DNA from: a virus
Lineage: Duplodnaviria; Caudoviricetes
IMG/VR virus record: IMGVR_UViG_3300036398_002697
Span: 1-59,242 of that record
Reading direction: 5' to 3' (one strand)
Length of the DNA stretch: 59,242 nucleotides
This document shows, in pieces, positions 10,970-19,335 of this stretch (its first letter is position 1; the number at the start of each line of letters is the position of its first letter). Under the pieces are notes generated by a model. That model was not told the DNA's origin, ran no database searches, and worked only from the letters and a program-made list of their open reading frames with translations. The position numbers were made by a program, and so were the translations under genes.

Positions 10970-11916
10970 GAATATCAATTATTGGACCAGCACTTCCAAT
11001 TCCACCAAAAGGTTGGGGTGCTGTTGAATCTTTAATTTGGGATATGAAATTATCCTTGAACAAACTTGGACACGAAGTTCAGATCGTAAATGTTGGTGAT
11101 CCTTATCAGATTATCAATATGATTAATCAGTTTCGTCCAGATTTTGTTCATATTAATTATGACGACTGGATTGGTTTATATCCTTATATTCAATATCCTT
11201 GTGCAGTTACAACACACTTTGCATATATTGAACGTCCAGAACTGATGGGTGGATATAGACAAAGAGTATTTGATCAGTTTACTAACATTAAACCAAACGT
11301 TTTTGGTTTATCGGATGGTATTAATAATATCTACAATACACTTGCAGAGATTCCAGAAGATAAACTTTATCTGAATCCAAATGGTGTAATGATGGAAAAC
11401 TTTAGATTTTCAGAGAGTCCTGAGTTTCCTAATAGATCAATCTATCTTGCAAAAGTAGATCATAGAAAGCGTCAGTTCTTATTTCAAAGTATTGATTCTC
11501 TTTGGTATGCTGGTAATATTGCAGAAGATAGATTTGATCAATCTAAAAACTACCTTGGCGAGTGGCAAAAAGAAGTTCTTTACCAAAACTTAACGGATTA
11601 TGGTAACTTAGTTCTTCTTTCTGATGGAGAAGCACATCCTCTTGTTTGTATGGAAGCATTTGCTGCTGGACTTGGTGTAGTTGTAAGTGAATGGGCTACT
11701 GCAAATCTTGATCTTGATAGAGAATTTATTTCTGTAATTCCTGAAAATAAAATTGAAGATTCTTCATTTGTTGAAGAAGTAATTGTAAAAAATAGAGAGT
11801 ATTCTATTCAACACCGACAAGAAATTTTGGACTATGCAAAAGAGTTTGAATGGTGTACAATACTTAAAAAGCATTATCTACCAAATATAGAAAAGATTGT
11901 CAATGGATATCATTAG
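10966..11916 (+). CDS. GT4-like glycosyltransferase, paralogue of the upstream gene
   Basis: PIPPKGWGAVES and SDGEAHPLVCMEA; clear similarity to 9998..10969. Confidence 0.75.
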   Translation: MRISIIGPALPIPPKGWGAVESLIWDMKLSLNKLGHEVQIVNVGDPYQIINMINQFRPDFVHINYDDWIGLYPYIQYPCAVTTHFAYIERPELMGGYRQRVFDQFTNIKPNVFGLSDGINNIYNTLAEIPEDKLYLNPNGVMMENFRFSESPEFPNRSIYLAKVDHRKRQFLFQSIDSLWYAGNIAEDRFDQSKNYLGEWQKEVLYQNLTDYGNLVLLSDGEAHPLVCMEAFAAGLGVVVSEWATANLDLDREFISVIPENKIEDSSFVEEVIVKNREYSIQHRQEILDYAKEFEWCTILKKHYLPNIEKIVNGYH

Positions 11917-12715
11917 AGACAAAAATAAATCTGCACATAAACTCAAAAACTTTGGTCCAATCTATCTGATCAATTTAGATGGACAACCAGAGCGTTGGGA
12001 GTATATGAAAGAACAGTTTGACTACTGGGAACTCACTGATTATCATCGTGTATCTGCATATGATGGTAGAGAAGATGATTTGAGTGATATTATCAAAGGT
12101 AGGTATCCGGAAAATATGACTTCTGGTGAAGTTGGTTGTGTTACCTCTCATCTAAAAGCAATTAAGTATTGGTATGAAACTTCTGATAGTCCATATGCAA
12201 TTATCATGGAAGATGATTGTAACTTAGATCTTGTCCAATATTGGAACTTTACTTGGCAAGATGCTATTGCAAGAGTTCCTTATGATTGGGATGTAGTTCA
12301 ACTTGCTATTATTTGTACTGGCGATATTCATGTAAAAATTCACAAAAGATTTGTGAATGAATTCTCTACAGCATGTTATGTGATTACAAGACACCATGCA
12401 CAAAAACTGATCAATTTACATTGTAGAGGTGACAAGTTTAAACTTGATAATGGAGTTCGTCCTCGTCCAGTTGCTGATGATTTGATTTACAATTCGGGCA
12501 ATACTTATTCAATTCCAATCTTACTTTACAAAATTGAGTTGGGATCTAGCATTCATCCAGATCATATTGATACTTTCCATAGGGGTAATCATCAAGCAAT
12601 TTCTAACTTCTGGGTCACCTCTGGTTCAAACTATCCTATTGATGAATTGATGGATTACAATCCATATCTTGGAAGAGTGACAGAAAGTTCAGCGGTACAA
12701 CAACAAAACTCTTGA
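11897..12715 (+). CDS. GT25-family glycosyltransferase
   Basis: YLINLD..ERW, RVSAYDG, GEVGCVTSH and IIMEDD motifs. Confidence 0.88.
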   Translation: MSMDIIRDKNKSAHKLKNFGPIYLINLDGQPERWEYMKEQFDYWELTDYHRVSAYDGREDDLSDIIKGRYPENMTSGEVGCVTSHLKAIKYWYETSDSPYAIIMEDDCNLDLVQYWNFTWQDAIARVPYDWDVVQLAIICTGDIHVKIHKRFVNEFSTACYVITRHHAQKLINLHCRGDKFKLDNGVRPRPVADDLIYNSGNTYSIPILLYKIELGSSIHPDHIDTFHRGNHQAISNFWVTSGSNYPIDELMDYNPYLGRVTESSAVQQQNS

Positions 12716-12740
12716 CAAGGTTAAAGGTTCGTACTAAACT
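12712..12740 (+). promoter_or_regulatory. Sigma70-type promoter for the porin gene
   Basis: TTGACA-17 nt-TAAACT, followed by a CTAAATA late-promoter-like element. Confidence 0.6.
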
Positions 12741-12809
12741 AAATAAGTACTTAAGAATTCTGTTGTAATTCTTAATAATCTAAATGTCGTTTAGTACTAA
12801 AACACTTTT

Positions 12810-14276
12810 ATGAAACTCAAACAACTGATGCTCGCACCTGTTGCTCTGGGTATGGTTGCTCCTGTTGCTGCGAATGCCGCAGATCTTAATATGGTAGCAG
12901 TCAACCAATACTCCTCTGAGCAGGTCACAAGCGTCACTCAATTTTCTGATGTGCAACCTACCGATTGGGCATATCAAGCACTCTCGCAACTGGTAGAGCG
13001 TTACGGTTGCGTTGCTGGTTATCCTAACGGCACTTTCCGTGGTGTTCGTGCCATGACTCGTTATGAGGCAGCAGCACTTCTGAATGCTTGTCTTGACCGT
13101 GTGACTGAAGTTACCGATGAACTCAAGAAGCTTCTTGCAGAATTCGGTGCTGAACTCGCTGTTCTGAAAGGTCGTGTTGATGGTCTAGAAACCAAAGTTG
13201 GTGTTCTGGAAGCACAACAGTTCTCCACCACCACCAAACTGCGTGGTGAAGCAAACTTTGTTCTTGGTGGTGTAGATAACTACCAAACCAAAAGTGGTGA
13301 CATCACTCGTACTGCATTCAACTATGATCTGCGTCTGAACCTGGACACTTCATTCACCGGACAAGATCTTCTGAAAACCCGTCTGCGTTCTGCTAACTTT
13401 AGCAGCAATCCTTTCGGTTCCAGTTCTTCGATCTTCAAACTGGATAAGGCAGATAACACCTCTGGTGAAAACGGTAACAACGTAGTTATCGACCGTCTGT
13501 ATTACCAGTTCCCTGTATTCAACGGTAGCACTACTCTTACTGCTGGTGCTCTAGTTCGTAACACAGAGATTGCCTGGGTTCCTACTGCTTATAAGTCGGG
13601 TATTCTTGACTTCTTTGCTGTTGCTGGTGCTCCTGGTGTATATAACAAAGCAGTTGGTTCTGGTTTCGGTATCCAGTATGGTAAGAAAGGTCTTGTTGCT
13701 GGTGTAAACTATGTGGCACAGAATGGTGCTGATAGTTCTAAGGGTGAGTTTGATCGTTCTGGTGCTCTGAACACTCTGGCACAGATTGGTTATCGTGGTA
13801 CTAACTGGGGTGCTGCTTTCGGTTATCGTTATGGCACCGAAGGCACCCGTGTTCGTACCTACAACGGTCTGAACGGTGCTTCTGGCACTCTGGTTCCAGG
13901 TCAAACCTCTAATGGTTATGCCCTGAATGCTTACTGGCAACCTACTCAATCTGGTTGGGTTCCCTCCATCTCTGGTGGTTACGGTTGGAATACTGTAAGT
14001 GGCACTCAAAGTGCTGCTACCAACAGCCAGTCCTGGTTTGCTGGTCTGACTTGGGAAGATGTGTTTGTTGATGGTAACTCTGCTGGTGTTGCTATCGGTC
14101 AAGCACCTACAGGCGAGAACCTTGAGAAGTCCACGATGCTTGAAATCTTCTACAAGTATCAAGTGTCTGATAACATCAGCGTCACTCCTGCTATCATCTA
14201 CGGAAGTGACAATCAGCGCCTTGCTGGTAACTCTTCTAACTGGGGTGGTGTGATTCAGACGACCTTCAAGTTCTGA
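12810..14276 (+). CDS. Cyanobacterial outer-membrane porin (SLH domain + OprB-type barrel, Som/iron-uptake-porin family)
   Basis: Signal peptide; QFSDVQPTDWAYQAL..LVERYGC..GYP SLH motif; QFSTTTKLRGE; terminal TTFKF. Confidence 0.93.
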   Translation: MKLKQLMLAPVALGMVAPVAANAADLNMVAVNQYSSEQVTSVTQFSDVQPTDWAYQALSQLVERYGCVAGYPNGTFRGVRAMTRYEAAALLNACLDRVTEVTDELKKLLAEFGAELAVLKGRVDGLETKVGVLEAQQFSTTTKLRGEANFVLGGVDNYQTKSGDITRTAFNYDLRLNLDTSFTGQDLLKTRLRSANFSSNPFGSSSSIFKLDKADNTSGENGNNVVIDRLYYQFPVFNGSTTLTAGALVRNTEIAWVPTAYKSGILDFFAVAGAPGVYNKAVGSGFGIQYGKKGLVAGVNYVAQNGADSSKGEFDRSGALNTLAQIGYRGTNWGAAFGYRYGTEGTRVRTYNGLNGASGTLVPGQTSNGYALNAYWQPTQSGWVPSISGGYGWNTVSGTQSAATNSQSWFAGLTWEDVFVDGNSAGVAIGQAPTGENLEKSTMLEIFYKYQVSDNISVTPAIIYGSDNQRLAGNSSNWGGVIQTTFKF

Positions 14277-14298
14277 TAAACTACTCATAATCTGAGTG

Positions 14299-14327
14299 AA
14301 GGCACCCCTCTCTGGGGTGCTTTTTTT
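14299..14327 (+). terminator. Rho-independent terminator after the porin
   Basis: GGCACCCC-tctct-GGGGTGCT stem followed by a T-run. Confidence 0.8.
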
Positions 14328-14348
14328 ATGACTTCCTGACAGAGGGGC

Positions 14349-14377
14349 TTGACATCTCTTAAGATTTCCTATATACT
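14349..14377 (+). promoter_or_regulatory. Sigma70-type promoter for the hli-petF operon
   Basis: TTGACA-17 nt-TATACT. Confidence 0.7.
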
Positions 14378-14403
14378 TGTGTTGTAAATCTTTACAAAAG
14401 ATA

Positions 14404-14613
14404 ATGACCGTTACAAAAAACGAGTTTGGGCAAATGAATATGTTTGCTAAAGAACCTGCGATGTATATGACCAAGGAAGACCTTGAGCGTTATGGCATCG
14501 AACCCTATGCCGAAAAGGCGGAGAAAATGAATGGACGCTGGGCTATGGTCGGTATTGTTGCTGGGCTTATTTCTTATACTTTCACTCACAAGTTTTTCTT
14601 CGGGGTCCTCTGA
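14404..14613 (+). CDS. hli: High-light-inducible protein
   Basis: AEKMNGRWAMVG chlorophyll-binding motif; NMFAKEP N-terminus. The start is taken at ATG 14404. Confidence 0.9.
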   Translation: MTVTKNEFGQMNMFAKEPAMYMTKEDLERYGIEPYAEKAEKMNGRWAMVGIVAGLISYTFTHKFFFGVL

Positions 14614-14622
14614 GGGTTGACA

Positions 14623-14709
14623 ATGACTTCACTCTTGTTTACAATAACATCAGTTGCCTTCTTCGTATTGTTGGCAGCATCTGTAGAAAAACTTTGTGAC
14701 ACTTACTAA
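14623..14709 (+). CDS. 28-aa single-TM peptide, not in the ORF track
   Basis: [28 protein letters not shown]; GAGGG RBS upstream; TAATG coupling to petF. Confidence 0.55.
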   Translation: MTSLLFTITSVAFFVLLAASVEKLCDTY

Positions 14710-15002
14710 TGACTGTTTTTAACATTACTCTTCAATCTCCTGATGGCACCGAAACTACTATTGAGTGTCAAGATGATCAATACATTCTTGAAGCTGCTGA
14801 AGAAGCAGGAGTAGATCTTAATTATTCTTGTCGTGCAGGTGCTTGTTCTTCTTGTGCTGGAAAACTTATTTCTGGTACTGTAGATAACGAGGAGCAATCG
14901 TTCCTTGATGATGAGCAAATCGCAGAAGGATTTATTCTTACTTGCGTTGCTTATCCTACAAGTGATTGTGTTGTTCTGACTGAACAGGAAGAGAACCTGT
15001 GA
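14709..15002 (+). CDS. petF: Plant-type [2Fe-2S] ferredoxin
   Basis: [14 protein letters not shown]...LTC motif. Confidence 0.96.
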   Translation: MTVFNITLQSPDGTETTIECQDDQYILEAAEEAGVDLNYSCRAGACSSCAGKLISGTVDNEEQSFLDDEQIAEGFILTCVAYPTSDCVVLTEQEENL

Positions 15003-15277
15003 GCACTGGAGATATGCTTGGGCAGTTTGCAATTGCCCTTGAGAAACTTGGGTGGGATGCTGATGATGAAATCTCTGTTGAGATTGGTGGAGTAGCAGTA
15101 ACAGGAACTGCAACTCATCCAGATGCAAATCCAAAATGGGCAAAACCGTTTGGGACAGTATCCTATCAAAATGATGCATTTATTGTCATCAAAAACAAGT
15201 CAAGGAACCCAGTTGTTCCTTCACAACCAAATCCCGAACTTAAACAAAAACACCCCTATCAAGGAGAAAACAAATGA
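14999..15277 (+). CDS. Hypothetical cyanophage protein
   Basis: GTGA overlap with the petF stop and ATGA overlap with the next gene. Confidence 0.6.
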   Translation: MSTGDMLGQFAIALEKLGWDADDEISVEIGGVAVTGTATHPDANPKWAKPFGTVSYQNDAFIVIKNKSRNPVVPSQPNPELKQKHPYQGENK

Positions 15278-15381
15278 ACGAACGTGCAGAACGTATTAAT
15301 GGTTGGGCAGCGATGATTGGTATCGTTGCCGCTATGGGTTCCTATGCCCTGACTGGACAAATCATTCCTGGAATTTGGTGA
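15274..15381 (+). CDS. hli: 35-aa high-light-inducible protein, not in the ORF track
   Basis: [35 protein letters not shown]; AAGGAG RBS. Confidence 0.93.
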   Translation: MNERAERINGWAAMIGIVAAMGSYALTGQIIPGIW

Positions 15382-15382
15382 G

Positions 15383-15526
15383 ATGAAGTGTAAAGTGCAG
15401 TTGTATGTGGCAGGTAAAGTTTTCTACGAAACCTTAGAGGCAAGAGATTATAAAGATGCAAGAGAAACTGCACTTGCACGAAATCCGAATGCTAAAGTTG
15501 TAGGAGTTACTGCTGTCTTTGATTAA
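15383..15526 (+). CDS. 47-aa hypothetical protein, not in the ORF track
   Basis: MKCKVQLYVAGKVFYETLEARDYKDARETALARNPNAKVVGVTAVFD fills the gap exactly. Confidence 0.65.
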   Translation: MKCKVQLYVAGKVFYETLEARDYKDARETALARNPNAKVVGVTAVFD

Positions 15527-15531
15527 TACTT

Positions 15532-16104
15532 ATGTTTAATATTTTTAAAAAGAATGAAATGACTATAGAGGTTACTATGCGTAGAGAAGGTTATCAAGTT
15601 CCTCAAGTGGAACTTGCTTTCCGTGAGAACGGAGAATTTGTATATCGTACATCCAAAGAACTTTTCGATAAGAAGCGTGTGGTCATTTTTAGCCTGCCTG
15701 GTGCTTTCACTCCTACTTGCAGTGCCTATCAGTTACCTGGATTCGAAGAGAAATTTAACGACTTTATTGGTAGCGGCATCGACGCTATTTACTGCATCTC
15801 TGTTAATGATGGGTTTGTGATGAATGCATGGGCCCAAGATCAAAATATCAAGAATGTTCAACTCATTCCTGATGGAAATGCATACTTCACTCGTGGCATG
15901 GGTCAATTGGTAATGAAGTCCAATCTTGGTTTTGGTGAGCGTTCTTGGCGTTATGCCGCAGTTGTTGATAATGGTATCATTGAGAAACTGTTTGAAGAAC
16001 CTGGAAAGAGTGATAATGCAATTAATGATCCTTATGTTGAAACCACACCAGAGAAAGTTCTGGAATATGTAAAATCTACAGTAAAAGAAGCAGTCGCTGC
16101 TTGA
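15532..16104 (+). CDS. Peroxiredoxin, Prx5/type II
   Basis: SLPGAFTPTCS, SVNDGFVMNAW, PDGN and RSWRYA motifs. The true start may be ATG 15577, which follows a GAGGT RBS. Confidence 0.92.
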   Translation: MFNIFKKNEMTIEVTMRREGYQVPQVELAFRENGEFVYRTSKELFDKKRVVIFSLPGAFTPTCSAYQLPGFEEKFNDFIGSGIDAIYCISVNDGFVMNAWAQDQNIKNVQLIPDGNAYFTRGMGQLVMKSNLGFGERSWRYAAVVDNGIIEKLFEEPGKSDNAINDPYVETTPEKVLEYVKSTVKEAVAA

Positions 16105-16106
16105 TT

Positions 16107-16134
16107 GAAGGAGGGGTAAAACCCTCCTTTTTTC
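16107..16134 (+). terminator. Rho-independent terminator after the peroxiredoxin
   Basis: AAGGAGGG-gtaaaa-CCCTCCTT followed by a T-run, then an ATAAATA late promoter (16135-16141). Confidence 0.8.
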
Positions 16135-16164
16135 ATAAATATAGTGCAGGGTTTAGATACAATA

Positions 16165-16863
16165 ATGCTCATAGATCTCCATAATTTTTTCAAGCACTAC
16201 GACGAAAAAAATCCAAAGCACGTTGCTGCTGTTGAGCAACTAGAAAAAGATTTGCAACTGAAAGCCCAAGATTTAATGCAAGATGATGCAAATTGGGTGA
16301 GAATTTATAGATCTAAAGAAGACAAACCTCAAACTTCAATTTTACAAGTTCCTTTTTATCCACAGACAGACAACTATAGAGATGCAAATAGAACTTGCAA
16401 CTCTTCTGCTTGTGCAATGTGCCTTGAGTATTTCAAACCCGGTACACTAAAAGGACCTAAAGGCGATGACGCCTATGTACAAAAAGTTTTCTCAATCGGT
16501 GACACAACTGACCACTTGGTTCAGACCAAAGTTCTTGCGTCATACGGTATTAAGTCCAGTTTCAGTTATAGCCTTTCTTTTGCTGATCTTGATAGAGAGC
16601 TTGCCTCTGGTAGACCTGTTGTTATTGGTATTCTTCATCGCGGTCCTCTATCGCGTCCCACAGGCGGACACATGGTAGTTGTGATTGGCAAGACCCCTTC
16701 AGGTGATTATGTGGTCAATGATCCATACGGTTCACTAAATGATGGATACACTGGTTCAGTTAATAATGGTAAGGGTGCTGTTTATAAGAGAAGCGAACTT
16801 TCTCGCAGATGGTGTCCAGGTGGTAATGATGGTTGGGGTAGATTATTTGATGCAAAAAAGTAG
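16165..16863 (+). CDS. C39-like cysteine peptidase, probable endolysin N-terminal part
   Basis: FYPQTDN..RTCNSSACAM, GGHMVVVIG and VNDPYG give the Cys-His-Asp triad. It lies downstream of a late promoter; ATG 16165 is preferred as the start. Confidence 0.8.
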   Translation: MLIDLHNFFKHYDEKNPKHVAAVEQLEKDLQLKAQDLMQDDANWVRIYRSKEDKPQTSILQVPFYPQTDNYRDANRTCNSSACAMCLEYFKPGTLKGPKGDDAYVQKVFSIGDTTDHLVQTKVLASYGIKSSFSYSLSFADLDRELASGRPVVIGILHRGPLSRPTGGHMVVVIGKTPSGDYVVNDPYGSLNDGYTGSVNNGKGAVYKRSELSRRWCPGGNDGWGRLFDAKK

Positions 16864-16895
16864 AAACGCCAACTAATAATGTTTCGTTAGTTGGC
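16854..16895 (+). promoter_or_regulatory. Candidate -1 programmed ribosomal frameshift cassette
   Basis: A_AAA_AAG (16854-16860), a 7-nt spacer, then a perfect 9-bp hairpin GCCAACTAA/TTAGTTGGC (16868-16895). Confidence 0.75.
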
Positions 16896-17339
16896 ATTAA
16901 ATTGATAAAAGAATTTGAAGGATGTCATCTGAATGCTTATCCTGATCCATTAACAGGTGGACTTCCAATCACTATTGGTTGGGGAAGCACTAAAGATTTT
17001 AATGGCGATTTCTTCAAACTTGGTAGAAAGATTACTCAAGAGTATGCTGATAAACTTTTGATATTTGATATTGAGCAAAGGTTTCTCCCTTCGCTACAAA
17101 AAATTCCATATTGGAATGAGATGAATGAAAACCAACAAGGTGCTCTACTATCTTTTGCTTATAATCTTGGTGCTCTCTTTTACGGGTCTTCTGGTTTCAA
17201 TACAATAACTAGAGTTCTTAAGAATAAAGAATGGAATAAAGTACCTGATGCTCTTTATCTTTATCGCAATCCAGGAACTAAAGTTGAAAAGGGATTAGCA
17301 AGAAGAAGAAAAGCAGAAGGTGATTTGTGGTCTTCTTAA
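16860..17339 (+). CDS. GH24 lysozyme domain, probably reached by -1 frameshift from the upstream peptidase
   Basis: VSLVGIKLIKEFEGCHLNAYPD..TIGWG, ALLSFAYNLG and GLARRRKAEG. Homology extends upstream of the annotated TTG 16902, which has no RBS. Confidence 0.85.
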   Translation, partial: VETPTNNVSLVGIKLIKEFEGCHLNAYPDPLTGGLPITIGWGSTKDFNGDFFKLGRKITQEYADKLLIFDIEQRFLPSLQKIPYWNEMNENQQGALLSFAYNLGALFYGSSGFNTITRVLKNKEWNKVPDALYLYRNPGTKVEKGLARRRKAEGDLWSS

Positions 17340-17662
17340 TCTTCTTCTACTTTTGTTCTTAACGCGATTACAGTAGTCAATATAGTTAATAAAGTTTCAT
17401 ATCCTCTTCTTTCAGATTCTTTACAATCTAAAGGAGGAGGATTTTTTAATTCTCCTTTTACATTTGCTTTATTGATTGTTCCTGGAACCATAAAGTTACA
17501 AGCAACAAAGTTAACGCCAACAAATCCAATAATAGAACAGCAAACAATAAAGATAAGTTTATTTAAAATAGAACCCTTTCTTCTTACCTCTTTTTGCTGG
17601 TCTTCTGATGAACCTGATGACTTCTGCTGGTTGTCTTTTTGGTTGAGGTCTTCTTCCTTCAT
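17336..17662 (-). CDS. Small membrane protein with two hydrophobic segments
   Basis: Hydrophobic stretches LIFIVCCSIIGFVGVNFVAC and LLTILTTVIAL; GAGG-type RBS upstream on the minus strand. Confidence 0.55.
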   Translation of the reverse strand: MKEEDLNQKDNQQKSSGSSEDQQKEVRRKGSILNKLIFIVCCSIIGFVGVNFVACNFMVPGTINKANVKGELKNPPPLDCKESERRGYETLLTILTTVIALRTKVEED

Positions 17663-17722
17663 TAAATACTCCCTCGTTTGTTATCAATCTTATTGCCAAC
17701 AATCCAACCAGAAATATTTTTT

Positions 17723-17914
17723 TCATCTCCCCTCTGTTTTATGTATCCATGTCTTAAGTTCTGTAAGATAGTTTCTCAACATATCCGCTTTTTCTAAATG
17801 CCATTTGTCACCACTCTTGAAGTATTCTTGAGTGTGATTATCTATTGCTTTGAGTGTATTATGTATAGGTGCGTTCCAAGGCTCTCTGACAGGAGTATTC
17901 CATTCCCTTGGCAT
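17723..17914 (-). CDS. Hypothetical protein
   Basis: 63-aa ORF preceded by minus-strand CTAAATA and TATAAATA late-promoter motifs (about 17935-17963). Confidence 0.6.
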   Translation of the reverse strand: MPREWNTPVREPWNAPIHNTLKAIDNHTQEYFKSGDKWHLEKADMLRNYLTELKTWIHKTEGR

Positions 17915-17990
17915 TGGTGGGAAAGCAGTTTTAATTATTTAGATTTTTTGTGTCCGTATTTATAAGTGACCACCTTGAGAACTGGACCTA

Positions 17991-18024
17991 TTGACAGCGT
18001 TTCAAAACAATGCTATGATAAATA
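17991..18024 (+). promoter_or_regulatory. psbA promoter: sigma70 with an overlapping late promoter
   Basis: TTGACA-17 nt-TATGAT with an extended TG; ATAAATA overlaps the -10 box. Confidence 0.8.
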
Positions 18025-18067
18025 GGTAAACAAATGTTACGGACCTCTCATAATTCGTAACATTGCA

Positions 18068-18173
18068 ACTCCCATTAACCGAGACCTATGGGGAGTATAA
18101 AGTACGTCTCTCATATCCCGCCTGAGGGTGGCGGGAGCATAGTAACTCCACCATTTCCCTGATGGTCTTACTA
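18068..18173 (+). ncRNA. Structured psbA 5' leader, PhotoRC-II-like motif
   Basis: Stem ACTCCCAT/ATGGGGAGT whose loop GAGAC can pair with downstream GTCTC (pseudoknot); hairpin CCCGCC/GGCGGG; stem TAGTAA/TTACTA. The position matches the PhotoRC motifs known upstream of cyanophage psbA. Confidence 0.7.
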
Positions 18174-18186
18174 ACTGTTTAAAACA

Positions 18187-19266
18187 ATGACTGCTACACT
18201 TTCACAACAACGACAATCAAATACTTGGGAACAATTCTGCCAGTGGATTACATCAACCGATAACCGACTCTATGTTGGTTGGTTCGGTACTCTGATGATT
18301 CCTACTCTGCTCGCAGCAGCAATCTGCTTCATCGTTGCGTTCATCGCAGCACCCCCCGTCGATATCGATGGTATTCGTGAACCTGTTGCTGGTTCTCTAA
18401 TGTATGGAAACAACATCATCTCTGGTGCTGTGATTCCTTCGTCCAATGCTATTGGACTGCACTTTTACCCAATCTGGGAAGCCGCTTCACTTGATGAGTG
18501 GCTTTACAACGGTGGTCCTTTCCAACTCGTTGTCTTCCACTTCCTGATTGGTATCTATGCTTACATGGGTCGTGAGTGGGAACTCTCTTACCGCCTAGGT
18601 ATGCGTCCTTGGATCTGCGTTGCATACTCTGCACCTGTTGCTGCTGCTTCTGCGGTGTTCCTGGTTTATCCTTTTGGTCAAGGTTCTTTCTCTGATGCGA
18701 TGCCCCTGGGTATCTCTGGTACTTTCAACTACATGCTTGTGTTTCAGGCAGAGCACAACATCCTGATGCACCCTTTCCACATGCTTGGAGTTGCTGGTGT
18801 GTTCGGTGGTTCTCTGTTCAGTGCAATGCACGGTTCTCTGGTTACTTCCTCACTGGTTCGTGAAACCACTGAGAACGAGTCACAGAACTATGGTTACAAG
18901 TTCGGTCAAGAAGAAGAGACCTACAACATCGTTGCTGCTCACGGTTATTTCGGACGCCTTATCTTCCAATATGCTTCCTTTAATAACTCACGTTCACTAC
19001 ACTTCTTCCTTGCTGCCTGGCCCGTTGTAGGCATCTGGTTCACCGCTCTTGGTGTATCCACGATGGCATTCAACCTCAACGGTTTCAACTTCAACCAGTC
19101 CATCATTGACTCACAAGGTCGTGTGCTCAATACCTGGGCCGACGTTCTGAACCGTGCAGGTCTGGGCATGGAAGTGATGCACGAGCGCAACGCTCACAAC
19201 TTCCCTCTTGACCTTGCTGCTGCTGAGAACACTCCTGTTGCTCTCACTGCACCTGCAATCGGTTGA
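18187..19266 (+). CDS. psbA: Photosystem II D1 protein
   Basis: Full-length, uninterrupted D1 ([24 protein letters not shown]). GREWELS gives Glu130, the high-light type. Confidence 0.99.
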   Translation: MTATLSQQRQSNTWEQFCQWITSTDNRLYVGWFGTLMIPTLLAAAICFIVAFIAAPPVDIDGIREPVAGSLMYGNNIISGAVIPSSNAIGLHFYPIWEAASLDEWLYNGGPFQLVVFHFLIGIYAYMGREWELSYRLGMRPWICVAYSAPVAAASAVFLVYPFGQGSFSDAMPLGISGTFNYMLVFQAEHNILMHPFHMLGVAGVFGGSLFSAMHGSLVTSSLVRETTENESQNYGYKFGQEEETYNIVAAHGYFGRLIFQYASFNNSRSLHFFLAAWPVVGIWFTALGVSTMAFNLNGFNFNQSIIDSQGRVLNTWADVLNRAGLGMEVMHERNAHNFPLDLAAAENTPVALTAPAIG

Positions 19267-19285
19267 TACGGGTTACAATCTAATC

Positions 19286-19312
19286 TAGGGGTCTTCGGAC
19301 CCCTTTTCTTTT
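19286..19312 (+). terminator. Rho-independent terminator after psbA
   Basis: AGGGGTC-TTCG-GACCCCT followed by a T-rich tail. Confidence 0.88.
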
Positions 19313-19335
19313 CCACATTAATGTAAAGTTTTATT

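Noticed and set aside
12716-12780. Pho box upstream of the porin
   Set aside because: The TTAA-containing repeats lack the 11-nt periodicity of cyanobacterial Pho boxes.
13551-14474. 307-aa minus-strand ORF
   Set aside because: It is the antisense shadow of the strongly codon-biased porin gene, has no recognisable motifs and crosses a terminator.
16861-16890. Amber read-through as the way to join the peptidase and lysozyme
   Set aside because: The same frame hits another TAG at 16888-16890 and the lysozyme is in the -1 frame. Other genes end at TAG where expected, so there is no sign of stop-codon reassignment.
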